DNA of 64,000 bases. It comes from Octopus sinensis (taxonomy: Eukaryota). Below, in pieces: positions 14,301 through 25,835 of the stretch; the stretch's first letter is position 1, and every line of letters starts with the position of its first letter. The translations under genes and the position numbers were made by a program. The notes under the pieces were generated by a model. The model saw only the letters and a program-made list of their open reading frames with translations. It did not search any database and was not told the origin of the DNA. Where the stretch lies: positions 54,002,001-54,066,000 of the forward strand of contig NC_043014.1 in NCBI RefSeq assembly GCF_006345805.1. The letters run 5' to 3'.

Positions 14301-17300
14301 CTTGTTACTGAGTTACACTCTTCTTGTATTCGTGATTACTAACCTTGTTCCTGAGTTACACTCCTCTTGTATTCCTGATTACTAACCTTGTTCCCGAGTT
14401 ACACTTCTTGTATTCGTTATTACTAACGTTGTTCCCGAGTTACACTCTTCTTGTATTACTGATTACTAACCTTGTTCTTGAGTTACACTCTTCTTGTATC
14501 TGATTTACTAACCTTGTTCCCGAGTTACACTCTTCTTGTATTACTGATACTAACCTTGTTCCCGAGTTACTCTTCTTGTATTACTGATTACTAACCTTGT
14601 TCCCGAGTTACACTCTTCTTGTATTACTGATTACTAACCTTGTTCCTGAGTTACACTCTTCTTATATTCCTGATTACTAACCTTGTTCCCGAGTTACACT
14701 CGTCTTGTATTCCTGATTACTAAGCTTGTTCCTGAGTTACACTCGTCTTGTATTCCTGATTACTAACCTTGTTCCCGAGTTACACTCTTCTTATATTCCT
14801 GATTACTCACCTTGTTCCTGAGTTACACTCTTCTTGTATTCCTGATTAGTAACCTTGTTCCTGAGTTGCACTCTTCTTGTATTACTGATTACTCACCTTG
14901 TTCCCCAGTTACACTCTTCTTGTATTCCTGATTACTAACCTTGTTCCTGAGTTGCACTCTTCTTGTATTCCTGATTACTAACCTTGTTCCTGAGTTGCAC
15001 TCTTCTTGTATTCCCGATTACTAACCTTGTTCCTGAGTTGCACTCTTCTTGTATTCCTGATTACTAACCTTGTTCCTGAGTTACACTCTTCTTGTATTCC
15101 CGATTACTAACCTTGTTCCTGAGTTGCACTCTTCTTGTATTCCTGATTACTAACTTGTCCTGAGTTACACTTTTCTTGTATTCCTGATTACTCACCTTGT
15201 CCCCGAGTTACACTTCTTGTATTCCCGATTACTAACCTTGTTCCTGAGTTACACTCTTTGTATTCCTTATACTAACCTTGTTCCCGAGTTACACTCTTCT
15301 TGTATTCCTGATTACTAAACTTGTTCCCGAGTTACACTCTTCTTGTATTCCTGATTACTAATCTTGTTCCTGAGTTACACTCTTCTTGTATTCCTAATTA
15401 CTAACCTTGTTCCCGAGTTGCACTTTTCTTGTATTCCTTATTACTTACCTTGTTCCTGAGTTACACTCTTCTTGTATTCCTGATTACTAACCTTGTTCCT
15501 GAGTTGCACTCTTCTTGTATTCCTGATTACTAACCTTGTTCCCGAGTTACACTCTTCTTGTATTCCTGATTACTAACCTTGTTCCTGAGTTACACTCTTC
15601 TTGTATTCCTGATTACTAACCTTGTTCCCGAGTTACACTCTTCTTGTATTCCTGATTACTTACCTTGTTCCCGAGTTACACTTTCCTTGTATTCCTGATT
15701 ACTAACCTTGTTCCCGAGTTACACTCTTCTTGTATTCCTGATTACTAACCTTGTTCCCGAGTTACACTCTTCTTGTATTACTGATTACTAACCTTGTTCC
15801 CGAGTTACACTCTTCTTGTATTACTGACTACTAACCTTGTTCCCGAGTTACACTCTTCTTTTATTACTGATTACTAACCTTGTTCCCGAGTTACACTCTT
15901 CTTGTATTACTGATTACTAACCCTGTTCCCGAGTTACACTCTTCTTGTATTCCTGATTACTAACCTTGTTCCTGAGTTGCACTTTCCTTGTATTCCTGAT
16001 TACTACCTTTGTCCTGAGTTACACTCTTCTTGTATTCTGATTACTTACCTTGTTCCTGAGTTACACTCTTCTTGTATTCGTGATTACTACCTTGTTCCCG
16101 AGTTACACCGTCTTGTATTCGTTATTACTAACCTTGTTCCCGAGTTACACTCTTCTTGTATTCCTGATTACTAACCTTGTTACTGAGTTACACTCTTCTT
16201 GTATTCCTGATTACTAACCTTGTTCTGAGTTACACTCCTCTTGTATTCCTGATTACTAATCTTGTTCCCGAGTTACACTTTCTTGTATTCCTGATTACTA
16301 ACCTTGTTCCCGAGTTACACTCTTCTTGTATTACTGATTACTAACCTTGTTCCTGAGTTACACTCTTCTTGTATTCCTGATTACTAACCTTGTTTCCGAG
16401 TTACACTCTTCTTGTATTACTGATTACTAACCTTGTTCCCGAGTTACACTCTTCTTGTATTACTGACTACTAACCTTGTTCCCGAGTTACACTCTTCTTG
16501 TATTACTGATTACTAACCTTGTTCCCGAGTTACACTCTTCTTGTATTACTGATTACTAACCTTGTTCCCGAGTTACACTCTTCTTGTATTCCTGATTACT
16601 GACCTTGTTCCCGAGTTGCACTTTCCTTGTATTCCTGATTACTAACCTTGTTCCGAGTTACACTCTTCTTGTATTCCTGATTACTAACCTTGTTCCTGAG
16701 TTACACTCTGCTTTGTATTCTGATTACACCGTAAACCTTGTTCCCTGCTGAGTTACACCTCCTCTTGTATTCTGCCTTTACTAACCTTGTTCCCGAGTGT
16801 TACACTCTTCTTGTATTCCCTGATTACTAACCTTGTTCCTGAGTTAGACTCTTCTTGTATTCCTGATTACTAACCTTGTTCCCGAGTTACACTCTTCTTG
16901 TATTCCTGATTACTAACCTTGTGTTCCCGAGTTACACTCTTCTTGTATTCCTGATTACTAACCTGCCCTTGTTACTGAGTTACACTCTTCTTGTATTCGT
17001 GATTACTAACCTTGTTCCTGAGTTACACTCTTCTTGTATTCCTGATTACTAACCTTGTTCCCGAGTTACACTCTTCTTGTATTCCTGATTACTAACCTTG
17101 TTCCCGAGTTACACTCTTCTGGTATTACTGATTACTAACCTTGTTCTTGAGTTACACTCTTCTTGTATTCCTGATTACTAACCTTGTTCCCGAGTTACAC
17201 TCTTCTTGTATTACTGATTACTAACCTTGTTCCCGAGTTACACTCTTCTTGTATTACTGATTACTAACCTTGTTCCCGAGTTACGCTCTTCTTGTTTTAC

Positions 17301-17819
17301 TGATTACTAACCTTGTTCCCGAGTTACACTCTTCTTGTATTACTGATTACTAACCTTGTTCCCGAGTTACACTCTTCTTGTATTACTGATTACTAACCTT
17401 GTTCCCGAGTTACACTCTTCTTGTATTCCTGATTACTAACCTTGTTCCCGAGTTACACTCTTCTTGTATTCCTGATTACTAACCTTGTTCCTGAGTTACA
17501 CTCTTCTTGTATTACTGATTACTAACCTTGTTCCCGAGTTACACTCTTCTTATATTACTGATTACTAACCTTGTTCCCGAGTTACACTCTTCTTGTATTA
17601 CTGATTACTAACCTTGTTACCGAGTTACACTCTTCTTGTATTCCTGATTACTAACCTTGTTCCCGAGTTACACTCTTCTTTTTTTCCTGATTACTTACCT
17701 TGTTCCCGAGTTTCACTCTTCTTGTATTCCTGATTACTTACCTTGTTCCTGAGTTACACACTTCTTGTATTCCTGATTACTAACATTGTTCATGAGTTAC
17801 ACTCTTCTTGTATTCCTGA
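2329..17819. repeat. 43-bp tandem satellite array, about 360 monomers, 15.5 kb
   Basis: Consensus TAACCTTGTTCC(C/T)GAGTTACACTCTTCTTGTATT(C/A)CTGATTAC. Monomers are head-to-tail with period 43 (e.g. 2761 to 2804) and no spacers. Confidence 0.98.
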
Positions 17820-18672
17820 CTAGCGGAGACACCCACCGTTGCCCGGTTACATTCAATTGTTGAATTAGACTTTTCTGTTATATATATATGGATACACACA
17901 TACACATATATGTTTATTAATATAAATACATGAAAGTACATGAAGTTTGTTAAAAAAGGGGATCATGTATATACCTCTTGGCTGTTCAGATTATAACACC
18001 TCGTCGTCAACAATGTTCCTTGTTTTTCCTTGTGGAGCATATACAAAAAGGTTTCTTTTGGTTCCTACTTTTGAGCAGCCAACATACAGTTGCCCATGGA
18101 AATGCAACACAACAACGTTTCCCTGACAAGGAACCAACAAACGTGATTACAATAGTCAAACAGTAATAATAATAACAACAAACCTTTTTAATTTATCCCT
18201 ATTTATGTGAAACCACTTGTTCAAGTCATTGATGCAATTTTATACGAATTGCTAATACACACACACATAATAAGGGTGAAAAATTGAATATTAATTCGAT
18301 TAAAATGAATTGAAAACCAGTGGTGTAGCATATAAGACCATAGCGGATCTTCTTCTAGCAAAATGGATGACCACTTGTTAATGGTTCATCCCTGTTATAT
18401 AATACTTTCACTTTAATAGTTTCAGTATTAAAGTGAAAGTGTCTGCATTACAATAGAGAGATGTTTTTGTTTCACTTTTAACATGTAATACTGAAATAGT
18501 GGAGAAGATATGATATTGCTGTGGGGTCGCCCAAGGGAAAAAGTTAAGATGACACTCCCCGGACCTTAAGTAAAGCATGTGTAAAATTTGAATGAAATTG
18601 GTTGATTGGTTGTGTAGTTCTCAAGTTTTAGGGAAACACACAGACACACATTCTCAGTTTTATATATATAGA

Positions 18673-18674
<2 letters not shown>
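17820..18674 (-). mobile_element. Non-autonomous Helitron (855 bp) retaining the helicase C-terminus
   Basis: Minus strand: 5' A|TCTCTATATATATAAAACTG at 18674; 3' AACCGGGCAACGGTGGGT..CCGCTAG|T at 17820. Positions 18098-17991 translate to HGQLYVGCSKVGTKRNLFVYAPQGKTRNIVDDEVL*, the typical C-terminal end of Helitron Pif1-like helicases. Confidence 0.85.
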
Positions 18675-18676
<2 letters not shown>

Positions 18677-18721
<45 letters not shown>

Positions 18722-19222
18722 CTTTCTGTTGCTCCTTCGCCATTCTCAAAAAATAGTGTTCATAAAAATTTTATCTCGTTCGGCTTAACAGCCCTTCTTG
18801 TTTGTGTTACTGTTATTCTCCGTTGTCCTGTTCTTTACTGTTTATATTTTGTACTGTCGTTACTGTCCTGTTTTTGTTACCATTTTTATCCCTCTGCAAA
18901 AAAATCTCAAATTTTATTTAATTTGATTTTCGCGGGAAGGATTGTTTCATTAAAGTCATGTATCGCCTTGACCTTTGAAACGTGGAGTAGATGAAACAAA
19001 GGCGACTGAAGAAGGGAAATTTTCCTTGTGTTATTTGTCCTGTACTCTATTTTTTCGTTGTTTAAGAAAAATGTCCAGTTCCTTGGTTTTGTGTTTATGT
19101 TTTCGTTTCTCATTGTGTTCGACGTTTTTTTGGTGTCCTGTACCCATATATGCATGTATATATATATGTAGAGGTCGGTACGTACATATATGTATGTATA
19201 TATGCATGTGTTTTATTTATTA

Positions 19223-19269
<47 letters not shown>

Positions 19270-19318
19270 CATACATATATACATACATACATACATATAT
19301 ACACACACACATATATAT
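18677..19318. repeat. (TA)n microsatellites (18677-18717, 19146-19318) flanking an unclassified repeat fragment
   Basis: TA/TACA runs are directly visible. The intervening 18718-19145 is pyrimidine-rich and resembles a retroelement end but is not classified. Confidence 0.7.
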
Positions 19319-19789
19319 GACCACCGATTCCCTTGGTTTTCGGAAGCTAACTGCTTTGATGAAGAGCTGCAGCTGAGGTGTGACTAACCTGACCAACATT
19401 TATTCTGTTCAACAGGATTTTCCACAAAGACTCAGAATAATTGATTACAAGGGGGAGTGGCGGGTGGGGTGGGGTGGGGGGAGCTGTCAGTTATTGAGTA
19501 ATGCTGGCTTCTGAGGTCAACTTGTAGTTCACATAGTAGTAATAGTAGTCGTGGTGGTGGTGGTGGTGGTAGACCAAGGCTAGGCCTGATTCATAAGACA
19601 TTTTATGACCATCTGGGCTTGTCATTGGGCATTGTGTATCTAGGACTACATTGTTTAATGTGAACTTGTCCTTCCCTTTTTCTTGTAAGGTTGGAGGGTT
19701 TGTGGGGATTGCGGATGCTGATTTCTCATTGGTTCATTAACTGTTTAGAAGGGTCACCTGTTTGCTCATCAGACATAGGGATATATCTG

Positions 19790-20141
19790 TGTGTGTGTGT
19801 GTATCTATCTATCTATCTATCTGTGTACCTGTCTATCTATCTTTCTATCTATCTTTCTATCTATCTGTGTACCTGTCTATCTATCTATCTTTCTATCTAT
19901 CTCTCTATATCTATCTATCTATCTGTGTACCTGTCTATCTATCTTTCTATCTATCTGTGTACCTGTCTATCTGTCTCTCTCTCTCTCTCTCTATCTCTAT
20001 CTATCTCTATCTCTATCTCATATCTATCTATATCTATCTATGTCTATCTATCTCTATCTATCTATCTATCTATCTTTCTATCTATCTGTGTACCTGTCTA
20101 TCTATCTATCTTTCTATCTATCTGTGTACCTGTCTATCTAA

Positions 20142-20206
<65 letters not shown>

Positions 20207-20280
20207 AATCTATCTCTATTAATCTATCTATCTATCTATCTGTGTACCTGTCTATTTAAATATCTTTCTATCTATTTTTT
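19790..20280. repeat. (TATC)n tetranucleotide microsatellite with recurrent TGTGTACCTGTC interruptions
   Basis: Directly visible. Confidence 0.95.
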
Positions 20281-20452
20281 TATCTACATATATTGTCTTT
20301 TCACTATTGGATTGTGGCCATTTATATATTTACTCTTTTACTGCAAGACTGTGGCCATGCTGGGGCACTGTATGTGTGTGCCCCTGCTCATATGTTGGTG
20401 AGATGGAGCAATGTAAAGAAAATAAGGAATCTTGGAAATTAAACCTTTACTG

Positions 20453-20648
20453 AACATGAACAATATGAGAGATCACTACGTGGATCCGTTGTATGCTAGA
20501 AATAGGTGTCAAACCGTCTTATCACTAAATATGCACTCTCAACTTAGTGAGACGCTAGATGTTTATGAGAGCACAGTGGTAAAACGGTTTGGCATCTATT
20601 TCTAGCATACACCGGATCCATATAGTGATCTCTCATATTGTTTATGTT
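20453..20648. mobile_element. Fold-back element / MITE with ~74-bp inverted arms
   Basis: 20453-20526 (AACATGAACAATATGAGAGATCACTACGTGGATCCGTTGTATGCTAGAAATAGG...) is the imperfect reverse complement of 20575-20648, with a 48-bp spacer. Confidence 0.75.
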
Positions 20649-21037
20649 TAAATAAAATTCATGGTCCTCGGACATTTGTTAGTATACTGGCCACTGGTTG
20701 GAATTGATATTATTTAAAAATATTATTTAATAATATTAATTTCTACTCTTATTACCTTTATTTCTTAGACTTATAATGCCTTGGTGATGAGGTATAATAA
20801 GGCTGAAATATGTCAGTTGCTTTCACTAGTTTTGGGGTTTCAAAGACCGATTGCATTTCATTCGACAGAGTTCTCCTTTATCAATAAATTTTGATCGATC
20901 GATATGCAAGCGGTTTCACTGTTGTGATCTTTGAGACCCAGGCGAGTATTGTGTGACCCATGCAAGCCTGGAAAATGGGACCTCAAAATGATGGGAAGGA
21001 TTAAGCCAATGACAAGGGTGTGGCTGTTGCCACCTTT

Positions 21038-21105
21038 GATGATGATGATGATGATGATGATGGTGTTGATGATGATGATGATGATTACGATGAAGATGAT
21101 GGTGT

Positions 21106-21137
<32 letters not shown>

Positions 21138-21525
21138 TTGATGATTATGATGAAGATGATGATGATGATTACGATGATGATGGTGGTGTTGATGATTACG
21201 ATGATGATGATGGTGTTGATGATGATGATGATGATGATGATTACAATGAAGATGGTGATGATGATGATGATGATTACGATGATCACGATGAAGATGATGG
21301 TATTGATGATGATGACGACGACGACGACAAAGATGGTGATGATGATGATGAAGATGGTGGTGTTGATGGTGATGATGAAGATGGTGTTGATGATGATGGT
21401 GGTGTTGATGATGGTGATGATAGGATGATGACAACGATGAAGATGATAGTGTTGATGATGATGATGATAATGATTATGATGAAGATGGTGTTGATGATGA
21501 TGATGGTGATGATGATGACAACGAT
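21038..21525. repeat. (GAT)n trinucleotide array with GGTGTT/TAC/GAA variants
   Basis: Directly visible. It produces the D-, M- and H-rich ORFs in the track. Confidence 0.95.
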
Positions 21526-22109
21526 TTTATCAGAGTGGCCTCCCTCACTTGTGGATCCTAGGCTTCAAATACTGCAAGAAGGAGTTTTTTTCTACTAATC
21601 ACTTGGATAATCTCAACTATTTGAAGTTTTCTTCTCCTCACCTCACTATTTCCCATGTATGACCATAAAAACAACCAAAGAAAGGCAACAAAAACCTTGA
21701 GTCTCGCAAGCGAAATGCTTTGAAATATCCCGAAATGAAAGCGAAAACGAATATAAAAATTTAATTGAAGCCAGACATTGGTTCGAGCCAGACACGGGTG
21801 AGTCTCGGTTCTCTGAGTAAATGGATGGCTTGGTTTTGAGGAGGAAGAGGAGGAGGCGGATGAGGAGGAGGAAGAGGAGGTGAGAAGCAAAAATCAATCG
21901 GTCGGTTGAAACAGGATTGTGTTTCTGTTGTACAAAAAAAAAACACAAAAAAAAACAGACCATGTTTACTGTGGAGGATAATTGGAGAGAAGCAGGGTGG
22001 CGGAGGAGGCGGTGGCAGGGGTGGTCGGAGGGGATTTCTTTTTTTAAACATTTTTGTGCCTATTATTTTTCACACAGATATTGATTAAATGATGCACACT
22101 CATGATGAT

Positions 22110-22240
22110 GCATATATATGTAGATGTAAGCATGTATGTATGTATGTATATATATATACATGTGTGTTTGTGTGTGTGTGTTTGTGTTTGAATATATATA
22201 TATATCTGTATGTGTATGTATATGTTTGTGTTTATATGTG

Positions 22241-22271
<31 letters not shown>

Positions 22272-22555
22272 GTATGCATGTGTATATATGGGTGTAAGTG
22301 TACATCTGTGTGTGTGTCCGTCCGTGTCTGTGCATGTGTGTGGAGTACCTGTGTACACACTCATATGCTTGCACAGAAACCCACACAATTGTGTGTGTGT
22401 GTGTGTGAGTTCAAGTATATGGATATAAACGATGATTATATATGCACAAAGAGAGAGGGAGAGGAGAGAGAAAGAGAGAAAAGGCATAAGAGAGAGAGGG
22501 GGACAGAGAGAGAAAGAGAGAAAAGGCATAAGAGAGAAAGGGGAGAGCATTTTTT
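22110..22555. repeat. Mixed (TA)/(TG)/(GA) microsatellites
   Basis: Directly visible. Confidence 0.9.
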
Positions 22556-23321
22556 CATTGTTAAGAAAGTGGCCATAGAAGAGAGAGAGAAAGAAAGGTT
22601 GCAGCAAACAGCATTTGGTCTGTTTTTATGGAAACTGTTGTCCATGGAATGATTTTCTTGGCATCAGAATTGGTTTTTGCGTTCAAGTGAGCTCTGAAGC
22701 TGCATGTCTTCCAATGTTGGAATTCTAGCAGAAGGACAACTGTCCACCAGGGAAAGGAAATGTCCACTTTGAAGAATATTCATATTTCATTTTGTTTGTT
22801 GTCTTTTATTGTTTTTTAATTAGAATTTAAGAAACTGAAAGGCAATGGAGGCTCTTAGGAGGAGGACAGATAAATGATGTGGAGAGAGAAGAGGATTAGG
22901 TAAGGGCTAGAGAAATTTAATCCGATAATCCATCCCCTGATCTGAATGACATCCACTTTGGATGTCTTTAATGAAGGCGTCTGCTCGGTGGCAAGTCTTT
23001 GGACCGGGTCCTCGGGTTGGGGACACCCCCCCCCCCGCTCCGTCCCTCTTGTCTCAGGATGCTGCTGATGTTCTTGACTGAAAGATTAAAATAATGAGAG
23101 ACTGTTTGTAGAATCTGTTGGGGAGGAAAGAGAAAAAGGGGGACTGGGGACTGATTAATGAAGTGACTGCTAACGGGACTGTTGTAATCTGGTCTGAGAT
23201 GTTGCAAGTGAGGTGGGGGAGAGGGGGATGTTGACGTTTTGGGGCCGTGAGACATGTTGTTACATGTTTTTAAAGGTTGGGGTGGATTCTTATTGACAAC
23301 ATGGATGAACAGATGAATTGA

Positions 23322-23406
23322 GAGACAGGTAGACAGACAGATAGATAGATAGATAGATATGTAGATAGATATAGATAGATAGATATGTAGATAGATATAG
23401 ATAGAT

Positions 23407-23449
<43 letters not shown>

Positions 23450-23590
23450 GATATGTAGATAGATAAATAGATAGATAGATATGTAGATAGCTAGCTAGAT
23501 AGATAGATAGATAAAAAGATAGATAGATAGATGTGTAGATAGATAAATACATAGACAGACAGTCAGGCAGATAAATAGATAGATATGTAG
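23322..23590. repeat. (GATA)n microsatellite
   Basis: Directly visible. Confidence 0.95.
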
Positions 23591-24597
23591 GTAGATGGAG
23601 AGAAAGAGAGAGGGAGAGATGGATGAATGGATGGGGAGAAATAGAAGGATGCAGAAGCAAGTGGGGTTGAGGTTGGGAAAGGAGCAGGAATAGTAATGAT
23701 GCTAAAGTTGAGAGGGAGAGAGAGAGCGATGTCTTGGTTACGTACTCTGCTGGGGATGGGGAATGAGGAGGGGATGCATGGGTGGAGGTGGGGATGGAGA
23801 TGAGTCAGTGTAAGAGTCAGATGGAGAGCACAATACAAAGAACTGCCAGAACTCAGTTTTGTTGAAGGGGTCAGGTGTCTGTGGGAACCTTATTTTACTT
23901 GACCCAGTCCTTTGCCATTTCGTCAAAATCAAAAACAAACAATGTGCATGAATGAAATTAAAAATATAAAATGGCAACAATTTACCCATCGCACCCTGTA
24001 TAGATATTTAAATGAAATTTACTTAAAAAAAGAAGAATGCAATTTTAATCCATATGTTTAGAAATAAAAGCAATTTATTTAATCCTTTATTAAATTCCCA
24101 TGTGTTGACGTTTTCCCCTTCCTTCTCACAAGTTTTCATTAACGAAGACATCTTATTTATTAATTAACAATTTCAAAATGAACAAAATAGAATAAAAACA
24201 ATCATCAAAGTAAAATATTAAAAATATAAAAAAATCTTGAATGAATTCTTTAACTGTCTCCATGGTGATTCTCAGCTGATTATTTCTGCTCATTGAGCTT
24301 GGCGTTGATGGTGAAATAATATTCCTTCAGTAGTGTTGCCTGTCCGGCACCTTAATGACCACCTCAAAGGAATCCTGTGCAGGTAAATATCCATTGTATA
24401 GTGGTCAGTTTGAGGAACCAAGATTCTTCAGAATCATTCTGTTGAGTCTGGTGATGGGGAGTGGGAAGGTGATGTTAGGGAGGAGGAGAGGAAGAGGAGG
24501 CAAAAAAGAATGGTCACTGTCATCATCATCATCACCATTCTCTTCGTCATCACATTCTGTTAATGTTTGTTTTCAATATTGGTTTGGGTTAAGACGG

Positions 24598-24760
24598 AAA
24601 AACTGGCAGAAATGGTCAGCATTGCCAGACGAAATGGCTTGGCAGCATTTCTTTCATTCATCTTCATATCCTGAGTTCAAATTCTGCCAAGGATGACTTT
24701 ACCTTTCATCCGTTCAGGGTTAATAAAATAAGTACTGGGCTCAATGCCATCAACTTACTT
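24598..24760 (+). mobile_element. tRNA-derived SINE, decayed copy
   Basis: Contains CTGGCAGAAATG...GAGTTCAAATTC...CCTTTCATCC...AAAATAAGTAC, as in the 31620 copy. Confidence 0.7.
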
Positions 24761-25639
24761 GTATCCTTGGAATTGCTATCCTTGTGCCAAAATTCGCCAG
24801 AGATCTTGGTTTCGATGGGTCTATACTCTCATACAATTCCGTTCTTCTCAATCCTGAACCCACAACAACAACTGTTCCTTGTATTAAGATAATTGTTTAA
24901 TGATGATGATGATGATTTGTTTTGTCTGGAGGGGTTGTTTGATGAGGAGACATTGTGAAGGCAAGTTACAAACTGGGATCTCCAGAAGTTGATGTGGTTT
25001 TGGATGAAGAGAAAGGGTTCTGTTTCTAGCCATTTCAATCTTGTTTATCATAGAATTTCTTTGGCCATTGACCCTGGGCAGAGGCAAACTTGTTGCTCTT
25101 TCTCACCAAAGAGAAACGGTGAGATGATCCTTACCATAGACTTATCTGATAAACCAGAGCCATCATAGATGCAGCAACAGTTGTTTGGTAAAACTCCATG
25201 GGTCAGCAATGCTCAGACACTGATGACAATGAGGATGATGATGATGACAGTAACAGTTTCTTTTGCTTCCTCTTCCTCTTCTTCTCCTCCTCCTCTTCTT
25301 CTTCTTCCTCCTCCCTAACATCACCTTCTCACCCAACCATAACCAGACTCAACAGAATGATTCTGAAGACTCTTGGTTCCTCAAACTGACCACTATACAG
25401 AATGGTTTCAGTACTCTGCACACATCTCAGACTAGCTCGGCTGACAATCTTTCCATGCCTCTCCACCCTAAACCAAAGATTTCTTCATCCCCTCTCTCTC
25501 TCTCTCATGGAACTTCCCACGAATAGAATGTTCAGCTGATCTTCATCGATTCTTTGCCCACAAGTTTTCTATCGACCACAAAAGCCGATGCAACATTGAC
25601 TTCATTTTGCTTGAATGGTTTGGAATTGTGGAGGATTAT

Positions 25640-25835
25640 GATCATCCTTCATCATCACTTAATCTCTATTTTCCATGCTGGCATGGGTTGGATGTTTTGG
25701 CAGGAGATGGCAAGGCTGGAGAGCTGCCCAAGCCTCCAATTGTCAGTTTTGGTATGGTTTCTACAGCTGGACGCCCTTCCTAATGCCAACCACTCCAAAT
25801 AGTGTAGTGGGTGCTTTTTACATGGCACCATCCCA
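25640..25835 (-). mobile_element. RTE-tailed repeat copy
   Basis: Contains TTTCCATGCTGGCATGGGTTGGA...CTACAGCTGGACGCCCTTCCTAATGCCAACCACTCC. Confidence 0.75.

Noticed and set aside
2329-17819. CRISPR array, or coding ORFs (MFLSCTLL... series)
   Set aside because: Repeats are contiguous with no unique spacers, there are no cas genes and the context is eukaryotic. The 43-bp period is not a multiple of 3, so the ORFs are chance products.
18960-19030. Hammerhead-like CTGAAGA/GAAAC words
   Set aside because: No arrangement gives a valid GAAA after stem II together with an NUH cleavage site.
21700-21800. Exon-like segment ending in a GTGAGT donor (EISRNESENEYKNLIEARHWFEPDT)
   Set aside because: It has an upstream in-frame stop, no good acceptor, no recognisable homology and no partner exons.
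22968-23290. Possible Penelope GIY-YIG tail (HLRPDYNSPVSSHF)
   Set aside because: Only a single short motif resembles PLEs, which is too weak to call without a search.
19691-23660. YLSI-repeat, poly-His, poly-Met and poly-Ile ORFs
   Set aside because: They are translations of (TATC)n, (GATA)n and (GAT)n arrays.
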